A stretch of 64,000 bases of DNA, from the NCBI RefSeq assembly GCF_009914755.1, contig NC_060933.1. One strand, 5' to 3'. The stretch is from the human T2T-CHM13v2.0 reference genome, Homo sapiens. Position numbers and translations under genes: made by a program. Under the pieces are notes generated by a model. It searched no databases and was not told where the DNA came from. It worked only from the letters and a program-made list of their open reading frames with translations. Below are positions 1-14,249 of this stretch, piece by piece. Every line of letters begins with the position of its first letter. Within the stretch, counting starts at the first letter, position 1.

Positions 1-1542
1 TTCTATTCGGGTTAATTCCATTCCATTCCATTCGATTGCAATCGAGTTGATTCCATTCCATTCTATTCCATTCCATTCCATTCCTTTCCATTCCATTACG
101 GATGATTCCATTCCATTGTATTCCATTCCATTCCATTCCCCTGTACTCGGGTTGATTCCATTCCATTCCATTCCAATCCACGCCATTCCACTCGTGTTGA
201 TTCCATTCTTTCCATTCCATTCAAGTTGAATCCATTCCATTGCATTCCATTCCATTCCATTACCCTGCCGTCGGGTTGATTCCATTCCATTCCATTCCAT
301 TCCATTGCATTCCATTCCATCCCGTTCCGTTCCATTCCATTCCATTCCATTCTATTCGGGTTAATTCCATTCCATTCCATTCCATTCCATTCCAATCGAG
401 TTGATTCCATTCCATTCCATTCCATTCCATTCCACTCCATTCCAGTCCTTTCCATTCCATTCCACTCGGGTTGATTCCAATGTATTCCTTTCCATTCCAT
501 TCCATTCCATTGCAATCGAGTTGATTCCATTGCTTTGCATTCCATTCCATTCCATTCCATTCCATTCCGGATGATTCCATTCCATTGCATTCCATTCCAT
601 TCCATTCCCCTGCTCTCGGGTTGATTCCATTCCATTCCACTTCATTCCGTTCCATTCCATTCCATTCCATTGTATTCAGGTTAATTCCATTCCATTCCAT
701 TCCATTCCATTCCATTCCATTCCATTCCATTCCATTACAATCGAGTTGATTCCATTCCATTCCATTCCATTCCAGTCCTTTCCATTCCATTCCACTCGGG
801 TTGATTCCATTCTATTAGTTTCCATTCCATTCCATTCCCTTCCATTCCACTCTGGTTGATACCATTCCTTTCCATTCCACTCGAATACATTCCCTCCTAT
901 TCCACTCGGAACGATTCCATTCCATTCCATTCCATTCCATTCCATTCCTTTTCGTTCCATTCCATTCTATTCCGTATCATTCCATTCCATTCCATTCCAT
1001 TCCATTGTACTCGGGTTGATTCAATTCCATTGCATTCCATTCCATTCCATTCCATTCCATTCCGTTGCATTCCATTCCATTACATTCGGATTGATTCTAT
1101 TCAACTCCCTTACTCTCCATTACATTCCACTCCATTCGGGTTGTTCCATTCCATTCCATTCCATTCCACTCCATTCCATTGCACTCGGGGTGATTCCATT
1201 CCATTCCATTCCATTCCATTCCATTCCATTCCATTCCGGATGATTCCATTCCATTGCATTCCGTTCCATTACATTCCCCTGCACTCGCGTTGATTCCATT
1301 CCATTCCATTCCATTCCATTCAATTCCATTCCATTACAATTCGTTCCATTCCATTCTATTCCGTACCATTCCATTCCATCCCATACCATTCCATTCCATT
1401 CCGTTCCATTCCGTTCCATTCCATTCCATTCCATTCTATTCGGATTAATTCCATTCCACTCCATTCCATTCAATTCTATTCCATTCCATTGCAATCGAGT
1501 TGAATCCATTGCATTTCATTCCATTCCATTCCATTCCATTCC

Positions 1543-1557
1543 ATTCCGGAAGATTCC
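1543..1557. promoter_or_regulatory. Perfect three-unit heat-shock element motif (aTTCc-gGAAg-aTTCc), first of many left-arm copies
   Basis: ATTCCGGAAGATTCC matches nTTCnnGAAnnTTCn. It recurs near 2.24, 4.07, 4.92, 8.09, 13.9, 14.74, 15.6, 16.49, 19.94, 22.6, 25.29, 26.14, 27.68, 29.57 and 30.26 kb. The motif match is direct; binding is inferred from known HSF1-Sat III biology. Confidence 0.6.
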
Positions 1558-4500
1558 ATTCCATTGCATTCCATTCCATTCCATTTCCCTGCCCTCGCGT
1601 TGATTCCATTCCATTCCATTCCATTCCATTCCATTCCATTCCTTTCCGTTCCATTCCATTCCATTCCATTCCATTCCTATCCATTCCATTCCGTTCCGTT
1701 CCGTTCCATTCCATTGCATTCCATTCCATTCGGGTTAATTCCATTCCATTCCATTCGATTGCAATCGAGTTGATTCCATTCCATTCCATTCCATTCCATT
1801 CCATTCCATTCCATTCCTTTCCATTCCATTACGGATGATTCCATTCCATTGCATTCCATTCCATTCCATTGCTCTGTACTCGGGTTGATTCCATTCCATT
1901 CCATTCCAATCCATGCCATTCCACTCGTGTTGATTCCATTCTTTCCATTCCTTTCAAGTTGAATCCATTCCATTGCATTCCATTCCATTCGATTCCATTC
2001 GATTGCACTCGGGTTGATTCCATTCCATTGCATTCCATTCCATTCCATTCCATTCCGTTCCATTCCATTCCATTACATTCGGATTTATTCTATTCAATTC
2101 CCTTACTCTCCATTACATTCCATTCCATTCGGGTAGTTTCCATTCCATTCCATTCCATTCCTCTCCATTCCTTTGCACTCGGGTTGATTCCATTCCATTG
2201 CATTCCATTCCATTCCATTCCATTCCATTCCATTCCATTCCGGAAGATTCCATTCCATTGCATTCCATTCCATTCCATTTCCCTGCACTCGCGTTGATTC
2301 CATTCCATTCCATTCCATTCCATTCCATTCCATTCCATTCCATTCCTTTCCGTTCCATTCCATTCCATTCAATTCCATTCCAATCCATTCCATTCCGTGC
2401 CGTTCCGTTCCATTCCATTCCATTCCATTCTATTCGGGTTAATTCCATTCCATTCCATTCGATTGCAATCGAGTTGATTCCATTCCATTCCATTCCATTC
2501 CATTCCATTCCATTCCATTCCTTTCCATTCCATTACGGATGATTCCATTCCATTGCATTCCATTCCATTCCATTCCTCTGTACTCGGGTTGATTCCATTC
2601 CATTCCATTCAAATCCATGCCATTCCACTCGTGTTGATTCCATTCTTTCCATTCCATTCAAGTTGAATCCATTCCATTGCATTCCATTCCATTCCATTCC
2701 CCTGCAGTCGGGTTGTTTCCATTCCATTCCATTCCATTCCATTCCGTTCTGTTCCGTTCCTTTCGGTTCCATTCCATTCCATTCTATTCGGGTTAATTCC
2801 ATTCCATTCCATTCCATTCCATTCCATTCCAATCGAGTTGATTCCATTCCATTCCATTCCATTCCATTCCACTCCATTCCAGTCCTTTCCATTCCATTCC
2901 ACTCGGGTTGATTCCAATGTATTCCTTTCCATTCCATTCCATTCCATTGCAATCGAGTTGATTCCATTGCGTTGCATTCCATTCCATTCCATTCCATTCC
3001 GGATGATTCCATTCCATTGCCTTCCATTCCATTCCATTCCCCTGCACTCGTCTTGATTCCATTCCGTTCCACTCCATTCCGTTCCATTCCATTCCATTGC
3101 ATTGTATTCGGGTTAATTCCATTCCATTCCATTCCATTACATTTCATTGCAATCGAGTTAATTCCATTCCATTCCATTCCATTCCGGATTATTCCATTCC
3201 ATTGCATTCCATTCCATTCCATTCCACTGCACTCGGGTTGATTCCATTCCATTCCATTCCATTCCATTCCATTCCATTCCATTCCAGTGCTTTCCATTCC
3301 ATTCCTCTCGGGTTGATTCCATTCTATTAGTTTCCATTCCATTCCATTCCCTTCCATTCCACTCTGGTTGATTCCATTTCTTTCCATTCCACTCGAATAC
3401 ATTCCCTCCTATTCCACTCGGAATGATTCCATTCCATTCCATTCCATTCCATTTCGTTCCATTGCATTCTATTCCGTATCATTCCATTCCATTCCATTCC
3501 ATTCCATTCCATTCCATTCCATTGTACTCGGGTTGATTCAATTCCATTGCATTCCATTCCATTCCATTCCATTCCATTCCGTTGCATTCCATTCCTTTAC
3601 ATTCGGATTGATTCTATTCAACTCCCTTACTCTCCATTACATTCCATTCCATTCGGGTTGTTCCATTCCATTCCATTCCATTCCACTCCATTCCATTGCA
3701 CTCGGGTTGATTCCATTCCATTCCATTCCATTCCATTCCATTCCGGATGATTCCATTCCATTGCATTCCGTTCCATTACATTCCCCTGCACTCGCGTTGA
3801 TTCCATTCCATTCCATTCCATTCCATTCAATTCCATTCCATTACAATTCGTTCCATTCCATTCTATTCCGTACCATTCCATTCCATTCCATACCATTCCA
3901 TTCCATTCCATTCCATTCCATTCCGTTCCATTCCTTTCCATTCCATTCCATTCCATTCTATTCGAATTAATTCCATTCCATTCCATTCCATACCATTCTA
4001 TTCCATTCCATTGCAATCGAGTTGAACCCATTGCATTTCATTCCATTCCATTCCATTCCATTCCATTCCGGAAGATTCCATTCCATTGCATTCCATTCCA
4101 TTCCATTCCCCTGCACTCGCGTTGATTCCATTCCATTCCATTCGATTCCATTCCATTCCATTCCGTTCCGTTCCTTTCCATTCCATTCCATTCCATTCCA
4201 TTCCTTTCCGTTCCGTTCCATTCCATTGCATTCCATTCTATTCGGGTTAATTCCATTCAATTCCATTCGATTGCAATCGAGTTGATTCCATTCCATTCCA
4301 TTCCATTCCATTCCATTCCATTCCATTCCTTTCCATTCCATTACGGATGATTCCATTCCATTGCATTCCATTCCATTCCATTCCCCTGTACTCGGGTTGA
4401 TTCCATTCCATTCCATTCCAAGCCATGCCATTCCACTCGTGTTGATTCCATTCTTTCCATTCCATTCAAGTTGAATCCATTCCATTGCATTCCATTCCAT

Positions 4501-7500
4501 TCGATTCCATTCGATTGCACTCGGGTTGATTCCATTCCATTGCATTCCATTCCATTCCATTCCATTCCATTCCGTTCCATTCCATTCCACTACATTCGGA
4601 TTGATTCTATTCAATTCCCTTACACTCCATTACATTCCATTCCATTCGGGTAGTTTCCATTCCATTCCATTCCATTCCTCTCCATTCCATTGCACTCGGG
4701 TTGATTCCATTCCATTGCATTCCATTCCATTCCATTCAATTCCATTCCGTTCCATTCCATTCCATTACATTCGGATTGATTCTATTCAACTCCCTTACTC
4801 TCCATTACATTCCATTCCATTCGGGTTGTTCCATTCCATTCCATTCCATTCCACTCCATTCCATTGCACTCGGGTTGATTCCATTCCATTCCATTCCATT
4901 CCATTCCATTCCATTCCATTCCGGAAGATTCCATTCCATTGCAGTCCATTCCATTCCATTCCCCTGCACTCGCGTTGATTCCATTCCATTCCATTCTATT
5001 CCATTCCATTCCCTTCCTTTCCGTTCCATTCCATTCCATTCCATTCCATTCCATTCCATTCCGTTCCGTTCCATTCCATTCCATTCCATTCTATTCGGGT
5101 TAATTCCATTCCATTCCATTCGATTGCTATCGAGTTGATTCCATTGCATTCCATTCCATTCAATTCCATTCCTTTGCATTCCATTACGGATGATTGCATT
5201 CCATTGCATTCCATTCCATTCCATTCCCCTATACTCGGGTTGATTCCATTCCATTCCATTCCAATCCATGCTATTCCACTCGTGTTGATTCCATTCTTTC
5301 CATTCCATTCAAGATGAATCCATTCCATTGCATTCCATTCCATTCGATTCCATTCGATTGCACTCGGGTTGATTCCATTCCATTGCATTCCATTCCATTC
5401 CATTCCATTCCATTCCATTCTGTTCCATTCCATTTGATTACATTCAGATTGATTCTTTTCAATTCCCTTACACTCCATTATATTCCAATCCGTTCTGGTT
5501 GTCTCCATTCCATTCCATTCCATTTCACTCCATTCCATTGCACTCGGGTTGATTCCATTCCATTCCATTCCATTGCATTCCGTTCCATTCCATTCCGGAT
5601 GATTCCATTCCATTGCATTCCATTCCATTCCATTCCCCTGCACTCGGGTTGATTCCATTCCATTCCATTCCATTACATTCCGTTCCATTCCATTCCATTC
5701 CATTCGGATTGATTCTATTCAATTCCCTTACACTCCATTACATTCCATTCCATTCGGGTAGTTTCCATTCCATTCCATTCCATTCCTCTCCATTACATTG
5801 CACTCGGGTTGATTCCATTCCATTCCATTCCATTCCATTCCATTACATTACATTCCATTCCATTCCGTTCCATTGTACTCGGGTTGATTCCATTCCATTG
5901 CATTCCATTCCATTCCATTCCATTCCATTCCATTCCATTCCATTCCATTCCATTCCGGATGATTCCATTCCATTGCATTCCGTTCCATTACATTCCCCTG
6001 CACTCGGGTTGATTCCATTCCATTCCATTCCATTCCATTCCATTCCATTCCATTCCAATTCTTTCCATTCCATTCTATTCCGTACCATTCCATTCCATTC
6101 CATACAATTCCATTCCATTCCATTCCACTCCGTTCCGTTCCGTTCCGTTCTGTTCCGTTCCATTCCATTACATTCCATTCTATTCGGTTTAATTCCATTC
6201 CATTCCATTCCATTCCATTCCATTCCTTTCCGTTCCATTCCATTCCATTCCATTCCATTCCGTTCCGTTCCGTTCCATTCCATTCCATTCCATTCTATTC
6301 GGGTTAATTCCATTCCATTCCATTCGATTGCAATCGAGTTGATTCCATTCCATTCCATTCCATTCCATTCCATTCCATTCCATTCCTTTCCATTCCATTA
6401 CGGATGATTCCATTCCATTGCATTCCATTCCATTCCATTCCCCTGTACTCGGGTTGATTCCATTCCATTCCATTCCAATCCATGCCATTCCATTCCATTC
6501 CGGATGATTTCATTCCATTGCATTCCGTTCCATTAAATTCCCCTGCACTCGGGTTGATTCCATTCCATTCCATTCCATTCCATTCGATTCCATTCCATTC
6601 CAATTCTTTCCATTCCATTCTATTCCGTACCATTCCATTCCATTCCATACAATTCCATTCCATTCCATTCCACTCCGTTCCGTTCCGTTCCGTTCTGTTC
6701 CATTCCATTCCATTCCATTCTATTCGGTTAAATTCCATTCCTTTCCATTCCATTCCATTCTATTCCATTCCATTGCAATCTAGTTGAATCCATTCCATTC
6801 CATTCCATTCCGTAAGATTCCATTCCATTCCATTCCATTCCATTCCATTCCATTCCATTCCATTGTACTCGGGTTGATTCCATTCCATTGCATTCCATTC
6901 CATTCCATTCCATTCCATTCCATTCCATTCCATTCCATTCCATTCCATTACATTCGGATTGATTCTTTTCAACTCCCTTACTCTCCATTACATTCCATTC
7001 CATTCGGGTTGTTCCATTCCATTCCGTTCCACTCCATTCCATTGCACTCGGGTTGATTCCATTCCATTCCATTCCATTCCATTCCATTCCGGATGATTCC
7101 ATTCCATTGCATTCCGTTCCATTACATTCCCCTGCACTCGGGTTGATTCCTTTCCATTCCATTCCATTCCATTCGATTCCTTTCCATTCCCCTGCACTCG
7201 CGTTGATTCCATTCCATTCCATTCCATTCCATTCCATTCCATTCCATTCCTTTCCATTCCAGTCTTTTCCATTCCATTCCACTCGGGTTGATTCCATTCT
7301 ATTAGTTTCCATTCGATTCCATTCCCCTGCAGTCGGGTTGATTCCATTCCATTCCATTCCTTTCCATTCTATTCCATTCCATTTGATTCCGTTCCGTTCC
7401 ATTCCATTCCATTCCATTCTATTCGGGTTAATTCCATTCCATTCCATTCCATTCCATTCCAATCGAGTTGATTCCATTCCATTCCATTCCATTCCATTCC

Positions 7501-8599
7501 ACTCCATTCCAGTCCTTTCCATTCCATTCCACTCGGGTTGATTCCAATGTATTCCTTTCCATTCCATTCCATTCCATTGCAATCGAGTTGATTCCATTGC
7601 TTTGCATTCCATTCCATTCCATTCCATTCCGGATGATTCCATTCCATTGCATTCCATTCCATTCCATTCCCCTGCACTCGGGTTGATTCCATTCCATTCC
7701 ACTCCATTCCGTTCCATTCCATTCCATTCCATTGTATTCGGGTTAATTCCATTCCATTCCATTCCATTCCATTCCATTCCATTCCATTACAATCGAGTTG
7801 ATTCCATTCCATTCCATTCCATTCCATTCCATTCCAGTCCTTTCCATTCCATTCCACTCGGGTTGATTCCATTCTATTAGTTTCCATTCCATTCCATTCC
7901 CTTCCATTCCACTCTGGTTGATTCCATTCCTTTCCATTCCACTCGAATACATTCCCTCCTATTCCACTCGGAACGATTCCATTCCATTCCATTCCATTCC
8001 ATTCCATTCCATTCCATTCCATTTCTTTCCATTCCATTCTTTTCCGTATCATTCCATTCCATTCCATTCCATTCCATTCCATTCCATTCCGGAAGATTCC
8101 ATTCCATTGCATTCCATTCCATTCCATTCCCCTGCACTCGCGTTGATTCCATTCCATTCCATTCCATTCCATTCCGTTCCGTTCCATTCCATTCCATTCC
8201 ATTCCATTCCATTCCATTCCGTTCCGTTCCATTCCATTCCATTCCATTCTATTCGGGTTAATTCCATTCCATTCCATTCGATTGCAATCGAGTTGATTCC
8301 ATTCCATTCCATTCCATTCCATTCCATTCCATTCCATTCCATTCCTTTCCATTCCATTACGGATGATTCCATTCCATTGCATTCCATTCCATTCCATTCC
8401 CCTGTACTCGGGTTGATTCCATTCCATTCCATTCCAATCCATGCCATTCCACTCGTGTTGATTCCATTCTTTCCATTCCATTCAAGTTGAATCCATTCCA
8501 TTGCATTCCATTCCATTCGATTCCATTCGATTGCACTCGGGTTGATTCCATTCCATTGCATTCCATTCCATTCCATTCCATTCCATTCCATTCCATTCC

Positions 8600-11500
8600 G
8601 TTCCATTCCATTCCATTACGTTCGGATTGATTCTATTCAATTCCCTTACACTCCATTACATTCCATTCCATTCGGGTAGTTTCCATTCCATTCCATTCCG
8701 TTCCTCTCCATTCCATTGAACTCGGGTTGATTCCATTCCATTGCATTCCATTCCATTCCATTCCATTCCATTCCGTTCCATTCCATTCCGTTACATTCGG
8801 ATTGATTCTATTCAACTCCTTTACTCTCCATTACATTCCATTGCATTCGGGTTGTTCCATTCCACTCCATTCCATTCCACTCCATTCCATTGCACTCGGG
8901 TTGATTCCATTCCATTCCATTCCATTCCATTCCATTCCATTCCATTCCATTCCATTCGGGATGATTCCATTCCATTGCATTCCATTCCATTCCATTCCCC
9001 TGCACTCGCGTTGATTCCATTCCATTCCATTCCATTCCATTCCATTCCGTTCCGTTCCATTCCATTCCATTCCATTCCATTCCATTCCGTTCCGTTCCAT
9101 TCCATTCCTTTCCATTCTATTCGGGTTAATTCCATTCCATTCCATTCGATTGCAATCGAGTTGATTCCATTCCATTCCATTCCATTCCATTCCATTCCAT
9201 TCCATTCCTTTCCATTCCATTACGGATGATTCCATTCCATTGCATTCCATTCCATTCCTTTCCCCTGTACTCGGGTTGATTCCATTCCATTCCATTCCAA
9301 TCCATGCCATTCCACTCGTGTTGATTCCACTCTTTCCATTCCAATCAAGTTGAATCAATTCCATTGCATTCCATTCCATTCGATTCCATTCGAGTGCACT
9401 CGGGTGGATTCCATTCCATTGCATTCCATTCCATTCCATTCCATTCCATTCCGTTCCGTTCCATTCCATTCCATTACATTCGGATTGATTCTATTCAATT
9501 CCCTTACACTCCATTACATTCCATTCCATTCGGGTAGTTTCCATTCCATTCCATTCCTTTCCATTCCATTGCACTCGGGTTGATTCCATTCCATTCCATT
9601 CCATTCAATTCCATTCCGTTCCATTCCATTCCATTACATTCGGATTGATTCTATTCAACTCCCTTACTCTCCATTCCATTCCATTCCATTCGGGTTGTTC
9701 CATTCCATTCCATTCCATTCCACTCCATTCCATTGCACTCGGGTTGATTCAATTCCATTCCATTCCATTCCATTCCATTCCATTGCATTCCATTCCATTC
9801 CATTCCCCTGCACTCACGTTGATTCCATTCCATTCCATTCTATTCCATTCCATTCCCTTCCTTTCCGTTCCATTCCATTCCATTCCATTCCATTCCGTTC
9901 CGTTCCATTCCATTCCATTCTATTCGGGTTAATTCCATTCCATTCCATTCGATTGCAATCGAGTTGATTCCATTCCATTCCATTCCATTCCATTCCATTC
10001 CATTCCATTCCTTTCCATTCCATTACGGATGATTCCATTCCATTGCATTCCATTCCATTCCATTCCCCTGTACTCGGGTTGATTCCCTTCCATTCCATTC
10101 CAATCCATGCCATTCCACTCGTGTTGATTCCATTCTTTCCATTCCATTCAAGTTGAATCCATTCCATTGCATTCCATTCCATTCGATTGCACTCGGGTTG
10201 ATTCCATTCCATTGCATTCCATTCCATTCCATTCCATTCCATTCCATTCCATTCCGTTCCATTCCATTCCATTACATTCGGATTGATTCTATTCAATTCC
10301 CTTACACTCCATTACATTCCATTCCATTCGGGTAGTTTCCATTCCATTCCATTCCGTTCCCCTCCATTCCATTGAACTCGGGTTGATTCCATTCCATTGC
10401 ATTCCATTCCATTCCATTCAATTCCATTCCGTTCCATTCCATTCCATTACATTCGGATTGATTCTATTCAACTCCCTTACTCTCCATTACATTCCATTGC
10501 ATTCGGGTTGTTCCATTCCACTCCTTTCCATTCCACTCCATTCCATTGCACTCGGGTTGATTCCATTCCATTCCATTCCATTCCATTCCATTCCATTCCA
10601 TTCCATTCGGGATGATTCCATTCCATTGCATTCCAATCCATTCCATTCCCCTGCACTCGCGTTGATTCCATTCCATTCCATTCCATTCCATTCCATTCCG
10701 TTCCGTTCCATTCCATTCCATTCCATTCCATTCCATTCCGTTCCGTTCCGTTCCATTCCATTCCATTCTATTCGGGTTAATTCCATTCCATTCCATTCGA
10801 TTGCAATCGAGTTGATTCCATTCCATTCCATTCTATTCCATTCCATTCCATTCCATTCCATTCCATTCCTTTCCATTCCATTACGGATGATTCCATTCCA
10901 TTGCATTCCATTCCATTCCTTTCCCCTGTACTCGGGTTGATTCCATTCCATTCCATTCCAATCCATGCCATTCCACTCGTGTTGATTCCACTCTTTCCAT
11001 TCCAATCAAGTTGAATCCATTCCATTGCATTCCATTCCATTCGATTCCATTCGATTGCACTCGGGTTGATTCCATTCCATTGCATTCCATTCCATTCCAT
11101 TCCATTCCATTCCATTCCGTTCCGTTCCATTGCATTCCATTACATTCGGATTGATTCTATTCAATTCCCTTACACTCCATTACATTCCATTCCATTCGGG
11201 TAGTTTCTATTCCATTCCATTCCTTTCCATTCCATTGCACTCGGGTTGATTCCATTCCATTGCATTCCATTCCATTCCATTCAATTCCATTCCGTTCCAT
11301 TCCATTCCATTACATTCGGATTGATTCTATTCAACTCCCTTACTCTCCATTCCATTCCATTCCATTCGGGTTGTTCCATTCCATTCCATTCCATTCCACT
11401 CCATTCCATTTCACTCGGGTTGATTCCATTCCATTCCATTCCATTCCATTCCATTCCATTCCATTCCATTCCGTAAGATACCATTCCATTGCATTCCATT

Positions 11501-12250
11501 CCATTCCATTCCCCTGCACTCACGTTGATTCCATTCCATTCCATTCTATTCCATTCCATTCCCTTCCTTTCCGTTCCATTCCATTCCATTCCATTCCATT
11601 CCGTTCCGTTCCATTCCATTCCATTCTATTCGGGTTAATTCCATTCCATTCCATTCGATTTGCAATCGAGTTGATTCCATTCCATTCCATTCCATTCCAT
11701 TCCATTCCATTCCTTTCCATTCCATTACGGATGATTCCATTCCATTGCATTCCATTCCATTCCATTCCCCTGTACTCGGGTTGATTCCATTCCATTCCAT
11801 TCCAATCCATGCCATTCCACTCGTGTTGATTCCATTCTTTCCATTCCATTCAAGTTGAATCCATTCCATTGCATTCCATTCCATTCGATTGCACTCGGGT
11901 TGATTCCTTTCCATTGCATTCCATTCCATTCCATTCCATTCCATTCCATTCCATTCCGTTCCATTCCATTCCATTACATTCGGATTGATTCTATTCAATT
12001 CCCTTACACTCCATTACATTCCATTCCATTCGTGTAGTTTCCATTCCATTCCATTCCATTCCTCTCCATTCCATTGACCTCGGGTTGATTCCATTCCATT
12101 GCATTCCATTCCATTCCATTCAATTCCATTCCGTTCCATTCCATTCCATTACATTCGGATTGATTCTATTCAACTCCCTTACTCTCCATTACATTCCATT
12201 CCATTCGGGTTGTTCCATTCCATTCCATTCCATTCCACTCCATTCCATTG
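8600..12250 (+). repeat. Local tandem duplication of a ~1.65-1.7-kb unit (dimer of ~0.85-kb units)
   Basis: Rare variants recur at similar offsets: TCCATTCGGGATG at 8951/10602, TTGATTCCACTCTTTCC at 9321/10982 and CACTCACGTT at 9811/11517 (offsets 1651-1706). Confidence 0.85.
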
Positions 12251-14249
12251 CACTCGGGTTTATTCCATTCCATTCCATTCCATTCCATTCCATTCCTTTC
12301 CGTTCCATTCCATTCCATTCCATTCCATTCCAATCCATTCCATTCCGTTCCGTTCCGTTCCATTCCATTCCATTCCATTCTATTCGGGTTAATTCCATTC
12401 CATTCCATTCGATTGCAATCGAGTTGATTCCATTCCATTCCATTCCATTCCATTCCATTCCATTCCATTCCTTTCCATTCCATTATGGATGATTCCATTC
12501 CATTGCATTCCATTCCATTTCATTCCCCTGTACTCGGGTTGATTCCATTCCATTCCATTCCAATCCATGCCATTCCACTCGTGTTGATTCCATTCTTTCC
12601 ATTCCATTCAAGTTGAATCCATTCCATTGCATTCCATTCCATTCCATTCCCCTGCAGTCGGGTTGTTTCCATTCCATTCCATTCCATTCCATTCCATTCC
12701 ATTCCATTCCATTCCATTCCGTTCCGTTCAATTCCATTCCATTCCATTCTATTCGGGTTAATTCCATTCCATTCCATTCCATTCCATTCCATTCCAATCG
12801 AGTTGATTCCATTCCATTCCATTCCATTCCATTCCACTCCATTCCAGTCCTTTCCATTCCATTCCCCTCGGGTTGATTCCAATGTATTCCTTTCCATTCC
12901 ATTCCATTCCATTGCAATCGAGTTGATTCCATTGCTTTGCATTCCATTCCATTCCATTCCATTCCGGATGATTCCATTCCATTGCATTCCATTCCATTCC
13001 ATTCCCCTGCACTCGGGTTGATTCCATTCCATTCCACTCCATTCCGTTCCATTCCATTCCATTACAATCGAGGTGATTCCATTCCATTCCATTCCATTCC
13101 AGTCCTTTCCATTCCATTCCTCTCGGGTTGATTCCATTCTATTAGTTTCCATTTCATTCCATTCCCTTCCATTCCACTCTGGTTGATTCCATTCCTTTCC
13201 ATTCCACTCGAATACATTTCCTCCTATTCCACTCGGAACGATTCCATTCCATTCCATTCCATTCCGTTCCATTCCATTCCATTCCATTTCGTTCCATTCC
13301 ATTCTATTCCGTATCATTCCATTCCATTCCATTCCATTCCATTCCATTCCATTCCATTCCATTCCATTGTACTCGGGTTGATTCAATTCCATTGCATTCC
13401 ATTCCATTCCATTCCATTCCATTCCGTTGCATTCCATTCCATTACATTCGGATTGATTCTATTCAACTCCCTTACTCTCCATTACATTCCATTCCATTCG
13501 GGTTGTTCCATTCCATTCCATTCCATTCCACTCCATTCCATTGCACTCGGGTTGATTCCATTCCATTCCATTCCATTCCAGTCCATTCCGGATGATTCCA
13601 TTCCATTGCATTCCGTTCCATTACATTCCCCTGCACTCGAGTTGATTCCATTCCATTCCATTCAATTCCTTTCCATTACAATTCGTTCCATTCCATTGTA
13701 TTCCGTACCATTCCATTCCATTCCATACCATTCCATTCCATTCCATTCCATTCCATTCCATTCCGTTCCATTCCGTTCCATTCCATTCCATTCTATTCGA
13801 ATTAATTCCATTCCATTCCATTCTATTCCATTCCATTGCAATTAAGTTGAATCCACTGCATTTCATTCCATTCCATTCCATTCCATTGCATTCCATTCCG
13901 GAAGATTCCATTCCATTGCATTCCATTCCATTCCATTCCCCTGCACTCGCGTTCATTCCATTCCATTCCATTCCATTCCATTCCGTTCCGTTCCATTCCA
14001 TTCCATTCCATTCCATTCCATTCCATTCCGTTCCGTTCCATTCCATTCCATTCCATTCTATTCGGGTTAATTCCATTCCATTCCATTCGATTGCAATCGA
14101 GTTGATTCCATTCCATTCCATTCCATTCCATTCCATTCCATTCCTTTCCATTCCATTACGGATGATTCCATTCCATTGCATTCGATTCCATTCCATTCCC
14201 CTGTACTCGGGTTGATTCCATTCCATTCCATTCCAATCCATGCCATTCC

